In this document: piece after piece, positions 1 to 9,695 of the stretch | Position numbering within the stretch: position 1 is the first letter of the stretch | Layout: each line of letters begins with the position of its first letter | NCBI GenBank assembly: GCA_046753765.1 | Contig: JBHHUN010000006.1 | Coordinates: 130 to 64,129, forward strand | Direction: 5' to 3' | Length of the DNA: 64,000 nt | DNA from: Candidatus Dojkabacteria bacterium | GTDB taxonomy: Bacteria; Patescibacteriota; Dojkabacteria; B142; OLB20 | The notes under the pieces: model-generated | The model's input: the letters and a program-made list of their open reading frames with translations, nothing else | Told to the model about the DNA's origin: nothing | Databases searched by the model: none | Position numbers and translations under genes: made by a program

Positions 1-681
1 GACTACTCCAGCGATATCATCAGGGTGCCCGACTCGGCCTGAGGGGTTGGCTTCAGCTGCTTGGTCAAAATCTTCGTCAGAGAGAATTGATCTGGTCAGA
101 CCTGTGTCGGTCAATCCTGGGGCGACACAGTTCACATTGATTCCATATTCACTAAATTCCAGCGCGCTTGCCTGAGTGAACTTAATTACACCAGCTGCTG
201 CTGGGCCATAAGCCCCAATCGTAGGGATAGTCTTTTCTTTTCCCATGCGCGACGCGATATTGACGATCCGTGGGTCGGGTGAATTTTTGAGTAATGGGAG
301 GGCATATTTTGTGACAGATAGCTTAGAAAACAAAACGACATCAATGACATAACGCATCTCCTTTAAAGTATATTCTTCGATGAGTTTTCCATAATCGAAT
401 CCTGCGTTGTTCACAACCAGATCAAGCTTGTCAGTGTATTCTTCAATCTTTTTGAACATGTCGGCAACCGCTTTGTCATCAGAGACATCAGCTTGTATCA
501 CAATGGAGTTTCTTCCAAGAGTGCGAACCTCGCGAGATACTTGATATGCGTCAGATTTTGACTTATTGAAGTGAATAAAAAGGTCGAAACCTTCTTTGGC
601 AAGCTCCAAAGCAATAGCCCTACCTATCCCTTTACTGGAACCTGTTACAAGTGCAATTTTTGATTCTGGTTTGAAATCCAT
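1..681 (-). CDS. Short-chain dehydrogenase/reductase (SDR) family oxidoreductase; C-terminus runs off the window edge
   Basis: Minus-strand translation from ATG at 681 gives MDFKPESKIALVTGSSKGIGRAIALELAKEG... with the Rossmann TGxxxGIG motif and SDR-like NNAG/YxxxK region; this ORF is absent from the supplied track because it runs off the window. Confidence 0.7.
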   Translation of the reverse strand, partial: MDFKPESKIALVTGSSKGIGRAIALELAKEGFDLFIHFNKSKSDAYQVSREVRTLGRNSIVIQADVSDDKAVADMFKKIEEYTDKLDLVVNNAGFDYGKLIEEYTLKEMRYVIDVVLFSKLSVTKYALPLLKNSPDPRIVNIASRMGKEKTIPTIGAYGPAAAGVIKFTQASALEFSEYGINVNCVAPGLTDTGLTRSILSDEDFDQAAEANPSGRVGHPDDIAGVV

Positions 682-702
682 GAGATCATTTTACTTCTTA
701 CT

Positions 703-1530
703 ATGGGATCTGTTAAAATGTTGTCCACAATGGCCGACACTCGAGACGTAAAAGACATAAAACAAAGCTTGAGAAATCTCGGACTTGATGAACTTGAGAT
801 CAAGGTGTACCTTGCATCCCTCACAGAAGACAGCAGAAGCATCTTAGCCCTAAGCAGAGAAACAAAGATACCCAGAACCAGCGTTTACAGGGCTGCAGAT
901 GACCTTGTAAACAAAAACTTTGCCCACTGGGTGATTAAGGATAAATCGAAGCATCTGAGAGCTGTTAAGCCCGATAGTTTGGGGTTCCTGCTTGAGGACA
1001 AGCGCGAGCAACTTGAAAGCACAAAGAACTCTCTATACTCTCTTCAGATGATGGCCAGCCAGATAACAAAAAACGTTCCGCAGACTCAGGTGCGCTATTA
1101 CAAAGGAAAGGAAGGCATGAAGCAGCTAATCTGGAACACTCTTGATGCAGAAGAGGAGATAATTGGTTACTCGCAGTTTGGACGCAAAGTTGTTGTAGGA
1201 GACAAGTTTTATGACTCCTACGTAGCAGAATTTAAGAAGCGAGACATCCGCGACAGGGCGATCGGCAACGAAAATGCTTTGAAGTACGTAAGGGGATATG
1301 TTCTAACTGAAAAACACCAACAGACTACGGATGATGTCAGAATAGTTCCAACAACTAAGTTTTACGTTTCAGGCGACAACTCGATGTACAATAACATCTA
1401 CGCTGTGAGCTACTGGGACAAGGGCGAGATCGTAGGCATTGAGATAGAGAACGCCGAGCTGGTTAAGCTTCATACGAGCATATTCGAACTTATGTGGGAG
1501 ATTGCAAAGCCGGTAAATGAGTACCTGTAG
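703..1530 (+). CDS. TrmB-like HTH transcriptional regulator (paralogue 1)
   Basis: N-terminal LGLDELEIKVYLASL...TSVYRAADDLVNKNFA winged-helix typical of TrmB-family sugar regulators; resembles the 3184..3924 product; start may be 718 or 730. Confidence 0.5.
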   Translation: MGSVKMLSTMADTRDVKDIKQSLRNLGLDELEIKVYLASLTEDSRSILALSRETKIPRTSVYRAADDLVNKNFAHWVIKDKSKHLRAVKPDSLGFLLEDKREQLESTKNSLYSLQMMASQITKNVPQTQVRYYKGKEGMKQLIWNTLDAEEEIIGYSQFGRKVVVGDKFYDSYVAEFKKRDIRDRAIGNENALKYVRGYVLTEKHQQTTDDVRIVPTTKFYVSGDNSMYNNIYAVSYWDKGEIVGIEIENAELVKLHTSIFELMWEIAKPVNEYL

Positions 1531-1543
1531 CAACCTCAGCGGT

Positions 1544-2113
1544 TTAGAAGCCGAGCTCTTCTTTGATAGATCGCAGGGCTTTGATGACAAACTCAATGTG
1601 CTCATCAAGCTCAACGCCAAGTTCATCGGCGCCATCTCGTATATCATCGCGATTAACCTGAGCAGCAAAGCCCTTGTCTTTAAGCTTTTTCTTAACTGAT
1701 TTTGCTTTCAGATCATCCAGCCCATTTGGCCTAACACGTGCAACTGCAACAATGAAACCAGCCAGCTCATCGCATGCAAACAGAGCTGAGTCAAATTTAC
1801 TCCTCCGCTCTTCAAAATAGTTTTGGGGATACTGATCACTATTGTTACCGTGACTTGCTATGGCCTGCACAATGCCATCGTCAACATTCATCTCTTTAAG
1901 CCTCTCAACTATCACCCTCGGATGGTCATCAGAAAATTTCTCCCAGTCAGCGTCGTGAAGTAGGCCTGCTATCCCCCACTTGTCTTCATCCTCGCCTAAC
2001 TTCTTGGCATAGGCCCGCATTGCTGCTTCGACGGCATACATATGCCTTTTGAGGTTCTCATTATCTACAAACTCGTTAAGTAATATGATGGCACTTCTGC
2101 GCTGAGGGATCAT
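1544..2113 (-). CDS. HD-domain phosphohydrolase
   Basis: GLLHDADW HD motif, later H...D residues, about 190 aa. Confidence 0.6.
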   Translation of the reverse strand: MIPQRRSAIILLNEFVDNENLKRHMYAVEAAMRAYAKKLGEDEDKWGIAGLLHDADWEKFSDDHPRVIVERLKEMNVDDGIVQAIASHGNNSDQYPQNYFEERRSKFDSALFACDELAGFIVAVARVRPNGLDDLKAKSVKKKLKDKGFAAQVNRDDIRDGADELGVELDEHIEFVIKALRSIKEELGF

Positions 2114-2218
2114 ACTAGATATATCTTAAAATTTAAAAGCAGGATCATTATAAAGGAAAATAACTCTGGAAAGAAATATTACCGAGATATGCCTACTGGA
2201 GTTGGGCTCGCAAGTCCG

Positions 2219-2968
2219 CTACTGTGAGCTCCAGATGCGTCCGCTTCCTGTGACGTTTTCGGTGACTTCGGGATTTCCTTCGTATAGTATCTCCCCGCTG
2301 CCATTTACATTTGCACTTAAGCTGGTTCGGCAATTTACTTTGATAGTCCCCGATCCATTTATGGTAGCATTACAATCCCTTGCCCGAAGATTGTAACTTG
2401 AGACAGCTCCGGGGCCGTTCACGGTGACTCCAAACTGTTCAACGTTTCCTGCGACCTCTGTTGAACCCGATCCGTTAATGACGATGTCCAGATTACTTGC
2501 GAAAAGATCAAGGGTGACACTTCCAGAACCGGAGACGTTAACATCCAGGCTTTGAGATTGTAGTCTTGGTGCGGTTATGAGACCCGAACCAGATACCGTT
2601 AACTCATTTATGGTTGTAACGGTCAGGTTGTAGACAATAGGCTTTGTGGGGATCAGATTGAAAAAGATTGTGTTGCGTCTCTTGATTGTGAGGGTACCAT
2701 CTACGACTTCGGTAACAATATTTTCAAGGATGTTGTCTTCTCCTTGAATTTCCAGTTTTGGTTCCGATCCCTGGGTTAAAATGATCTCCCCGGTTGTGGC
2801 CAGGTTTATCGCCTGAAATTCACCGATTTCTCTCTTCTGATTGATTACGTTTCCGGATCCGACAAGTGTGGACCTGAAGATGGATATAGATGCAATACCA
2901 CATACCGTACACAGGGCCATAAGGGCAAGTACTACGGTCAGGATTATGTACTTTGTTTTTTTGCTCAA
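2219..2968 (-). CDS. Membrane-anchored DUF2807-like (putative adhesin head, GIN domain) protein
   Basis: N-terminal TM helix followed by repetitive V/N-rich segments with recurrent GSG (VSGSGSVTL, INGSGTIKV, VNGSGEILY) typical of DUF2807 beta-solenoid proteins. Confidence 0.5.
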   Translation of the reverse strand: MSKKTKYIILTVVLALMALCTVCGIASISIFRSTLVGSGNVINQKREIGEFQAINLATTGEIILTQGSEPKLEIQGEDNILENIVTEVVDGTLTIKRRNTIFFNLIPTKPIVYNLTVTTINELTVSGSGLITAPRLQSQSLDVNVSGSGSVTLDLFASNLDIVINGSGSTEVAGNVEQFGVTVNGPGAVSSYNLRARDCNATINGSGTIKVNCRTSLSANVNGSGEILYEGNPEVTENVTGSGRIWSSQ

Positions 2969-3183
2969 GGGGGCGACATTAACTAAAAGTATGTTAATGC
3001 AAATATACTAGAAAGTCCATACGGACTTGGCGATTGTATATTTCGATAAAACAGATCTCGCGGCTGACACAAATGGGGTCGACTTTCTTGTTTCCCTCTG
3101 GTTTAGCCAATTCCGATTTTCTTTGTAAAACAAATTGTTACCTTACTTGAATGTGTATACAATAAGGGAACAATAGCTAACCC

Positions 3184-3924
3184 ATGTTTGTCGAAGATTT
3201 TACTAAAATCGGTCTTAACAAAGGCGAGGCGGAGATCTATGACTCTTTGCTTCAATTTGGTTCGTCCTCTGCCAGTGAGCTGGCAAAGAAGACCGACATT
3301 GGACGCACCAATGTTTATGAGTACGCGAATGGTCTCGTAAAAAAGGGGCTCGCAACTCAGATCGAAAAAAGCAACAAGATCTTCTTCAGGGCCGAGAACC
3401 CAAAGTTGCTCAGAGACCTTGCCCAGAAACAGTTGAGAGAGGCAAAAGAGATCACTAGCTCGTTCTCTTCTCTCCTGCCCAGGATCGAAGAGCTATATAA
3501 CAAAAATGTTTCAAAACCACTGATCGTTTTTTACCAGGGAGCATCCGGATACAACGAATTGATGGAGAAGATCTACCTGGAGACCGAGGATTGTTCAATC
3601 TGTCACCTGGTTCCCGATCTTGACCTCTACACCCCACCCGAGCCGAAGTACCGCAATACGTTTATCCGAAAAAATATCTTTACAAACCTCATAGCTAACA
3701 AAGGTGAGGCCATCGGTGAATTAAACAAACGGGATAAAAGGGCCCTTCGCAGGACAATAGTCGTTCCGGCTAAAGATTTTGCTATTAAGCAGGATATGGT
3801 TTTGTTTGAAGACAATATTGCTTTTGGAGACCTCAGCAAAGATAGTTTTAGCGCAACACTTATCAAGAATGACGGCCTGACCAAGCTCCTAAAATCCCTA
3901 TGTACAACACTTATGAGGAGCTGA
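3184..3924 (+). CDS. TrmB-like HTH transcriptional regulator (paralogue 2)
   Basis: N-terminal GLNKGEAEIYDSLLQFGSSSASELAKKTDIGRTNVYEYANGLVKKGL winged helix; same architecture as 703..1530. Confidence 0.5.
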   Translation: MFVEDFTKIGLNKGEAEIYDSLLQFGSSSASELAKKTDIGRTNVYEYANGLVKKGLATQIEKSNKIFFRAENPKLLRDLAQKQLREAKEITSSFSSLLPRIEELYNKNVSKPLIVFYQGASGYNELMEKIYLETEDCSICHLVPDLDLYTPPEPKYRNTFIRKNIFTNLIANKGEAIGELNKRDKRALRRTIVVPAKDFAIKQDMVLFEDNIAFGDLSKDSFSATLIKNDGLTKLLKSLCTTLMRS

Positions 3925-3986
3925 TTGTTACTCCTTGTTTTTAGAAACTGTAACCCCCACCGTCTAATAGTATAAACAGACAACCC

Positions 3987-4532
3987 GTGAACGAAGCCGA
4001 CTTGATAAAAGCAGCCAAGAAAAATGACGAAACAGCAATCGCTTTACTGTACAAGGCAAATTTTGACTGGCTATACAGGTTTGTGCGCTCCAGGGTTGAT
4101 GGCGATGAGACCGCAGAAGATATTACAGCGGATGCATTTTACAACGCATTTGCAAATATCAGTAAGTTTCGTGCAAAAAGCACCTTTAAAACATGGATCT
4201 ATACAATTGCTAGAAACGAGGTTACGGGTTGGTACCGCAGGAAAGATAAGACTATTTCTTTAAGCTTTGAGCCAGAGGGATATGAACACCGAGAGCGACA
4301 TCCCGAAGATCACAATTTGCAGGAAGCAGATAACTCAGGAGTAGAGAAACTTGTGAAAAAGATCCTCGGTCAGATGAAAGATAGGTACCGCGAAGTCCTG
4401 GAGCTAAGATATATCAGCAGGCTCAGCGTCAAGGAAACAGCGCTTGCGATGGAGATAAGTGAAAATAACGCAAAAGTTTTACAAAACCGCGCGCTTGCAA
4501 AGGCACGGAAAATTATGAACTTCAAACAATGA
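3987..4532 (+). CDS. ECF-type sigma-70 family RNA polymerase sigma factor
   Basis: Region 2 (FDWLYRFVRSRV...AEDITADAF...KTWIYTIARNEV) and region 4 (YREVLELRYISRLSVKETALAMEISENNAKVLQNRALAKAR) signatures. Confidence 0.8.
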   Translation: MNEADLIKAAKKNDETAIALLYKANFDWLYRFVRSRVDGDETAEDITADAFYNAFANISKFRAKSTFKTWIYTIARNEVTGWYRRKDKTISLSFEPEGYEHRERHPEDHNLQEADNSGVEKLVKKILGQMKDRYREVLELRYISRLSVKETALAMEISENNAKVLQNRALAKARKIMNFKQ

Positions 4533-5605
4533 AAAACGACATCGCAAACCTTTTTGAACAATACAGTGGTGAAATAAAACCTTCTGCTGCAGCAGAAGAG
4601 AGAGTATATGCCAATATCTCACAGCGCTTGAGAGACAGGCAAAGCAGTCTATTTTTTAAATTTAAAATGATGAGATACAAATTGTTTTCATTAAAGACCG
4701 GAGTGATCTTGGCACCGATCATCTTTGCCCTTGGCGCAGTGATGCTCCTCCTTCCCACGCTGTATATGGGGGCGCAGTTGGGATATGTTCCGGATCTGGC
4801 TCGCAATAGTGCGACTGATTTAGGAACTCCAGACACAGAGAAATTTGGTATCGGTAGTGAGCGTGCAGGCGAAAAGCCAGTTACATCAGAGGGGATGCTT
4901 TTCGATGGGAGTGACAATGATCTATATCCAATACCACCGCAACAAGAAAAAGAGGATACAGACACTCCTGAAACATCGAGAGCCAAAGAACAAACGGCGT
5001 ATTTTGTACTTGAAAGCTCGGATGTAAATTCCAGTTACGAGAGCGTTCGGTCGCTGGCCTCAACCCTTGAGGGATATATTAAGAGTGTAAATCTTGAAGG
5101 TGGAAAAAAGAAGACGGCCTACATAACGTTGAGGCTTCCCGCTGAGAAGTTTGAGCTTGCTCTTGGGAAGCTGAGAGATATGGACGTAGAGATTGTGAGT
5201 GAGTCGATAAGTACTGTTGACAGGCAAAACGAGCTCACCGAGATAACAGACAGTAGGAAGGCACTCCAGGATCAGATAAAGGAGATAGAGAAGAAACTTG
5301 CTGGAAACCCGAAGGATTCAGAACGGCAGACGCTCAAGTTTCAACTGGAGGTTGCGAAAGACGATCTGGAGTACTACAACAGTCAGATGGAGGGAGTAAA
5401 AACAGATACTCAGTACTCTACTCTGACCGTTACAATCCAGCAGGCGAAGCTTGGCAGCATATTCGGGAACCTTGAGGATGGAGTAAACAATGCAGTTATC
5501 TTCTGGGCACAGGTATTTGCCTGGATACTGATACCAGTTGGATTCGCACTTCCGGTCGTTGTAGTGGTACTTGTTCTTTACAAGCTTCTACGACGCAGGA
5601 AGTAG
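4529..5605 (+). CDS. Putative anti-sigma factor, DUF4349-like (TM, coiled coil, C-terminal TM)
   Basis: ATGA overlap with the sigma gene (translational coupling); TM helix near residue 60; central YITLRLPAEKFELALGKLRDMDVEIVSESISTVDRQNELTEITDSRKALQDQIKEIEKKL region matching the DUF4349 pattern; C-terminal TM. Confidence 0.55.
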   Translation: MKNDIANLFEQYSGEIKPSAAAEERVYANISQRLRDRQSSLFFKFKMMRYKLFSLKTGVILAPIIFALGAVMLLLPTLYMGAQLGYVPDLARNSATDLGTPDTEKFGIGSERAGEKPVTSEGMLFDGSDNDLYPIPPQQEKEDTDTPETSRAKEQTAYFVLESSDVNSSYESVRSLASTLEGYIKSVNLEGGKKKTAYITLRLPAEKFELALGKLRDMDVEIVSESISTVDRQNELTEITDSRKALQDQIKEIEKKLAGNPKDSERQTLKFQLEVAKDDLEYYNSQMEGVKTDTQYSTLTVTIQQAKLGSIFGNLEDGVNNAVIFWAQVFAWILIPVGFALPVVVVVLVLYKLLRRRK

Positions 5606-5639
5606 TGGTTGCTTCGAAGTTAGTTAGTTCCGAGAATCC

Positions 5640-5674
5640 AATCTCCCTGCTTTAGCGGGGAGATTCTATTTTGC
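5640..5674 (+). terminator. Rho-independent terminator after the sigma/anti-sigma pair
   Basis: AATCTCCC-loop-GGGAGATT hairpin followed by CTATTTTG. Confidence 0.4.
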
Positions 5675-5726
5675 TCCCCTCTCTCTTATGCTGTGATAGA
5701 ATGGACCATAATTCGCTTCTCCATTC

Positions 5727-7499
5727 ATGAAAGATAAACCAGTCAGTTGGAAGCTTTCCGATATCCTAAAACAAAATGAGTTTGAAGATCTGAAGCTCAA
5801 GATTCAGAAGGATATTAAGCGTTTTGCAGCTATGTGCAAACGGCTCTCTCCAGGAATGTCTCCAAAAAAGTTTAAGCAGATAGTTTTGCTTTCAGAGAAG
5901 ATCAGTGAAGATTTCTCGCGACTCTACGATCTTCCGGCCCTCATGGAGTCGGTCGACCAGCAGGCACCAAAACCAAAAAAAATGAAAGAACAGGCCAAGG
6001 ACGTTGAAATTGAGATTGAAAATTCCACAAGGCCGTTTTGGCACTGGATTAAGGGTAAGCGGGTTAAAGGTATTCGCAAGTTAGACAATAGGAATGCGCG
6101 ACGACTGTTCTCTTCTTTCCCTAAGATGAGATATATTTTGGAGAGAACTAAGGGAGCTGCTAAGTATACCCTAAGTGAATCGGAAGAGAGAATCTTAACT
6201 TTGAGCCAGGCTACAGGAATTTCAACCCTGTTAGATCTGAGATCTTTGATCGAGACAGAGCAGATATATCAAGTCAAGATCAAAGGTAAGTCTAAAAAAA
6301 TATCTACCACTAGCGAGCTCATGAAGCATGTGTATTCAGGAGATCCAAAGACGAGGAGATCGGCGTATAAGTCACTGTTTAAGGTCTATGAGCAGAATTT
6401 GATGAAGTACTTTCTCGTATATCAGTCACGGGTAAAGGATTGGGGACACGAGGTCGCCCTTAGGAGTTTCCCCACTCCCCTCTCCATGCGAAACGAGGCA
6501 AACGATATAGAGGACGAAACGGTTGATCTTCTCCTTGAAGTTGTCAGGGAAAACAGAGGTATTTTTCATGAGTATTTCCATTTAAAATCCAAGCGCTTGG
6601 GGACGAAAAAGCTTTCCAGGTACGACATATACGCTCCTATCGGTGATGAGAGACGTGAGCATATCCCCTACTCTTACGCTGTAAACATTGTTTTGGATAC
6701 TTTCGCAGAGTTTTCAAACAGTTTCGCCGATCACGCCAGGAGTATTGTTAATGAAGAGCATATCGATTCTCATCCATCCGAATCAAAGCAATCCGGCGCA
6801 TTTTGTGCAACCATTGGACCAAAGATTACACCTTACATTCTACTGAATTATACTGGTAGGAAACGTGATATCTCTACATTAGCACACGAACTCGGACACG
6901 GAATCCATTCTCTCTTCGCCAGTAAGCAGACAGTTACAGGTCAAAATGCTCCTCTTCCACTGGCCGAAACTGCTTCAACTTTCGGTGAGATGATAACCTT
7001 CGAAAGGCTTCTCTCAGAAGAGAGTTCTGTTTCACAGAAACGAGAAATGCTGATGGAAAAAGTCGCCGATTCGTACGCTACAATTCTCAGGCAGATGTAC
7101 TTTTTAACCTTTGAGATTAAAGCTCACAACGTGATATCCAAAGGGACAACTCCAGAGAGCCTCTCAGAATTGTTCTACTCTACTCTCAAAGAACAGTTTG
7201 GAAGCTCTGTAGTCATCCCCAAAGATTTCAGATACGAGTGGGCATATATTCCACACATCGTAAGAACCCCGTTTTATGTTTACGCATACGCTTTCGGTGA
7301 ATTGCTCTCTCTAGCACTCTACTCCCGCTACAAGTCCGAAGGCAAACAGTTCATCTCCAAGTTTATCCACATACTGGCTGCGGGCAAAACAGTCAAGCCA
7401 AGCAAGTTACTCAAAGAGATTGGTATTGATATCAGTCAAAAGTCTTTCTGGCAAGGAAGTTTCGAGGTAATTAGCTCCTGGATAAAGGCGGCTGGATAA
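5727..7499 (+). CDS. pepF: M3-family oligoendopeptidase F
   Basis: 590 aa with HEXXH zinc motif LAHELGHGIHSLF and M3B-like length and layout. Confidence 0.8.
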   Translation: MKDKPVSWKLSDILKQNEFEDLKLKIQKDIKRFAAMCKRLSPGMSPKKFKQIVLLSEKISEDFSRLYDLPALMESVDQQAPKPKKMKEQAKDVEIEIENSTRPFWHWIKGKRVKGIRKLDNRNARRLFSSFPKMRYILERTKGAAKYTLSESEERILTLSQATGISTLLDLRSLIETEQIYQVKIKGKSKKISTTSELMKHVYSGDPKTRRSAYKSLFKVYEQNLMKYFLVYQSRVKDWGHEVALRSFPTPLSMRNEANDIEDETVDLLLEVVRENRGIFHEYFHLKSKRLGTKKLSRYDIYAPIGDERREHIPYSYAVNIVLDTFAEFSNSFADHARSIVNEEHIDSHPSESKQSGAFCATIGPKITPYILLNYTGRKRDISTLAHELGHGIHSLFASKQTVTGQNAPLPLAETASTFGEMITFERLLSEESSVSQKREMLMEKVADSYATILRQMYFLTFEIKAHNVISKGTTPESLSELFYSTLKEQFGSSVVIPKDFRYEWAYIPHIVRTPFYVYAYAFGELLSLALYSRYKSEGKQFISKFIHILAAGKTVKPSKLLKEIGIDISQKSFWQGSFEVISSWIKAAG

Positions 7500-7643
7500 C
7501 CCTTGTGGACAAGGGCTTGCACGTGAACGTCGATCCCCTTCTTTAGCAGTTTAACGCAGCGGTGGGTTTTAGTGTGGACAACTTTCGGCAATTACAAGTG
7601 AAAGTTAAGAAATAATTAAGACTTGGTGTCTATAATGCGATCT

Positions 7644-9110
7644 ATGTTTAATGTAGTACAAACAATCGCTCTTCGGGGCTTAGAGGGGAGGGTAGTTGAT
7701 GTAGAGGTTGACATCAGCTCAGGATTATCACGATTCGAGATTGTAGGACTACCCGGGAAGGCCATTCAAGAATCCAAACAGAGGGTAATGGCGGCAATAA
7801 ACAACTCGGGATTCAAATTTCCTCACCAACGAATCACGATCAACCTAACTCCGGCCGATCTAAATAAAAAAGGCTCAGGATACGACCTGCCAATTGCCGT
7901 AGGTATACTCTTAACCTCTGGCCAGCTACCGCAACTAAAGAAAGGGATCTTTTGGGGGGCATTATCCCTTGAGGGCCAGACGCTTGCAGCAAATGGAGCT
8001 GTTGTAATTGCCGATGCGGTTCGGGAACTTGGGTTTAAAAGGCTATTTCTTGCAGAGATAAACGCCTCTGAAGCGGGGATTATTGCGGGAATAGATTTGG
8101 TCCCTATCAAAAGCCTTACTGCTATGCGAGATCCGGTTGCGTTAGAAACTGTAGCTCAACGAAATCCAAAATTCTCAGCACATGCAAATGCCAAGAGCGG
8201 CCCAGGAGAGGTTCCGGATATCTCTGAGATAAAGGGGCAAGCACAGGCAAAGAGAGCACTTGAGATTGCCGCAGCAGGAGGGCACAATCTGTTAATGTCA
8301 GGAAGCCCTGGATCTGGAAAAACCATGCTGGCGCGCTCTATGGCGGGAATTCTCCCAGAGATGAGTTTTAGCGAGCAAATTGAAGTGACTAAGATATACA
8401 GCGTGTCGGGAAAAATTGATATGGAGGGAAGCGTCGTATCACAAAGACCATTTAGAAACCCACACCATACAAGCTCGCATGTGGCACTAATAGGTGGAGG
8501 GAGTAGCCCAAGGCCTGGAGAAGTTTCGCTTGCGCACAAGGGAGTACTATTTCTTGACGAATTTCCAGAATTCTCAAATTACGCACTCGAATCGTTAAGG
8601 CAGCCCCTTGAGGATAAAGCTGTGAATATATCCCGCGCAGGTGTGTCTGTTCAATATCCAGCAGACTTCACGTTGCTTGCGGCGATGAACCCATGCAGGT
8701 GTGGTAACCTGACAGACCAGGACAGAGAGTGTACGTGCTCCCCAGCGGATATTAATCGTTACCAAAAGAGAATCAGTGGACCAATAACTGACCGGATTGA
8801 CATGAAGATCGCTGTCAATAGAGTGAACTCGACCGACCTTTTTGGATCTGGAGGTGGGGAGAGATCCGCTATGGTTAGTCAGAGAGTAGGGGAGTGCAGA
8901 AAGGTCCAGCTCGCAAGAGCGCCTGGTAAAAGCAAGACGGCAATCAGCAAAAGTGGTGAACGGATTCTGAAGCAGTCATTTGAGGTATTGAAGCTTAGTG
9001 TTCGCAGCTATAATAAAACCCTGGGTGTGGCTAGAACAATCGCTGATCTTGATAAGAGCGATGAGATTAAGAAAGTTCATGTAACAGAGGCTTTGAGCTA
9101 CAGAATCTGA
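7644..9110 (+). CDS. YifB/ComM family Mg-chelatase-like AAA+ ATPase
   Basis: N-terminus MFNVVQTIALRGLEGRVVDVEVDIS..GLPGKAIQESKQRV aligns with the YifB N-domain; Walker A SGSPGSGKTMLA; Mg-chelatase C-terminal region. The track start at 7623 is probably too early because a TATAAT sits at 7631-7636. Confidence 0.85.
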   Translation: MFNVVQTIALRGLEGRVVDVEVDISSGLSRFEIVGLPGKAIQESKQRVMAAINNSGFKFPHQRITINLTPADLNKKGSGYDLPIAVGILLTSGQLPQLKKGIFWGALSLEGQTLAANGAVVIADAVRELGFKRLFLAEINASEAGIIAGIDLVPIKSLTAMRDPVALETVAQRNPKFSAHANAKSGPGEVPDISEIKGQAQAKRALEIAAAGGHNLLMSGSPGSGKTMLARSMAGILPEMSFSEQIEVTKIYSVSGKIDMEGSVVSQRPFRNPHHTSSHVALIGGGSSPRPGEVSLAHKGVLFLDEFPEFSNYALESLRQPLEDKAVNISRAGVSVQYPADFTLLAAMNPCRCGNLTDQDRECTCSPADINRYQKRISGPITDRIDMKIAVNRVNSTDLFGSGGGERSAMVSQRVGECRKVQLARAPGKSKTAISKSGERILKQSFEVLKLSVRSYNKTLGVARTIADLDKSDEIKKVHVTEALSYRI

Positions 9111-9673
9111 GTGCGCTCCTTATGTTTCTCGACATATTTGTCGAGATCTGCACTCTTCCTGATATTCTTGGGGTTTTTTATGTACTTAAGAAAAAGAATG
9201 CCGTCCAGATGGTCTATTTCGTGTTGTATAAGATGGGAGAAGAATCCGTCTCCGGTAAGTGTTTTTGTCTTCCCGTTGGGAGCTGTAAACTCTGCAGTAG
9301 CAATCTCAGGTCTATCAACTGGACCCCAAAGCTGATCGTCACCTTTACCGATGCTCAGGCAGGCCTCCCAAATAAGAGACTGTTGAGCTGATCTTTCAAC
9401 TATCACCGGATTGATCATCACAGTCCAAAGCTCATCATCGGCGATCTTCCCACGACCGGTATCGTCTTCCAGGTCAACCCTTCTGACAACACAGATTCTC
9501 AGGTTCGAGTCAATTTGCGGCGCGGCAAGCCCAGCTGTATCTCTTTCGTTCGCCTTGCAGGTATCGAGCAGGTCAGAAATTAAAGACTTGACCTCGGCAG
9601 CATTTATGTCCGTGACTTTTTTAGTCTTTTGGGTTAGAATCGGGTTTCCGATTTGTACTATATCCTTTACCAT
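9098..9673 (-). CDS. def: Peptide deformylase
   Basis: Motifs GLAAPQI, EACLSIGKG and QHEIDHLDG (the three PDF signatures). Confidence 0.85.
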   Translation of the reverse strand: MVKDIVQIGNPILTQKTKKVTDINAAEVKSLISDLLDTCKANERDTAGLAAPQIDSNLRICVVRRVDLEDDTGRGKIADDELWTVMINPVIVERSAQQSLIWEACLSIGKGDDQLWGPVDRPEIATAEFTAPNGKTKTLTGDGFFSHLIQHEIDHLDGILFLKYIKNPKNIRKSADLDKYVEKHKERTQIL

Positions 9674-9695
9674 GCAATGATTTTAACATAAATCG

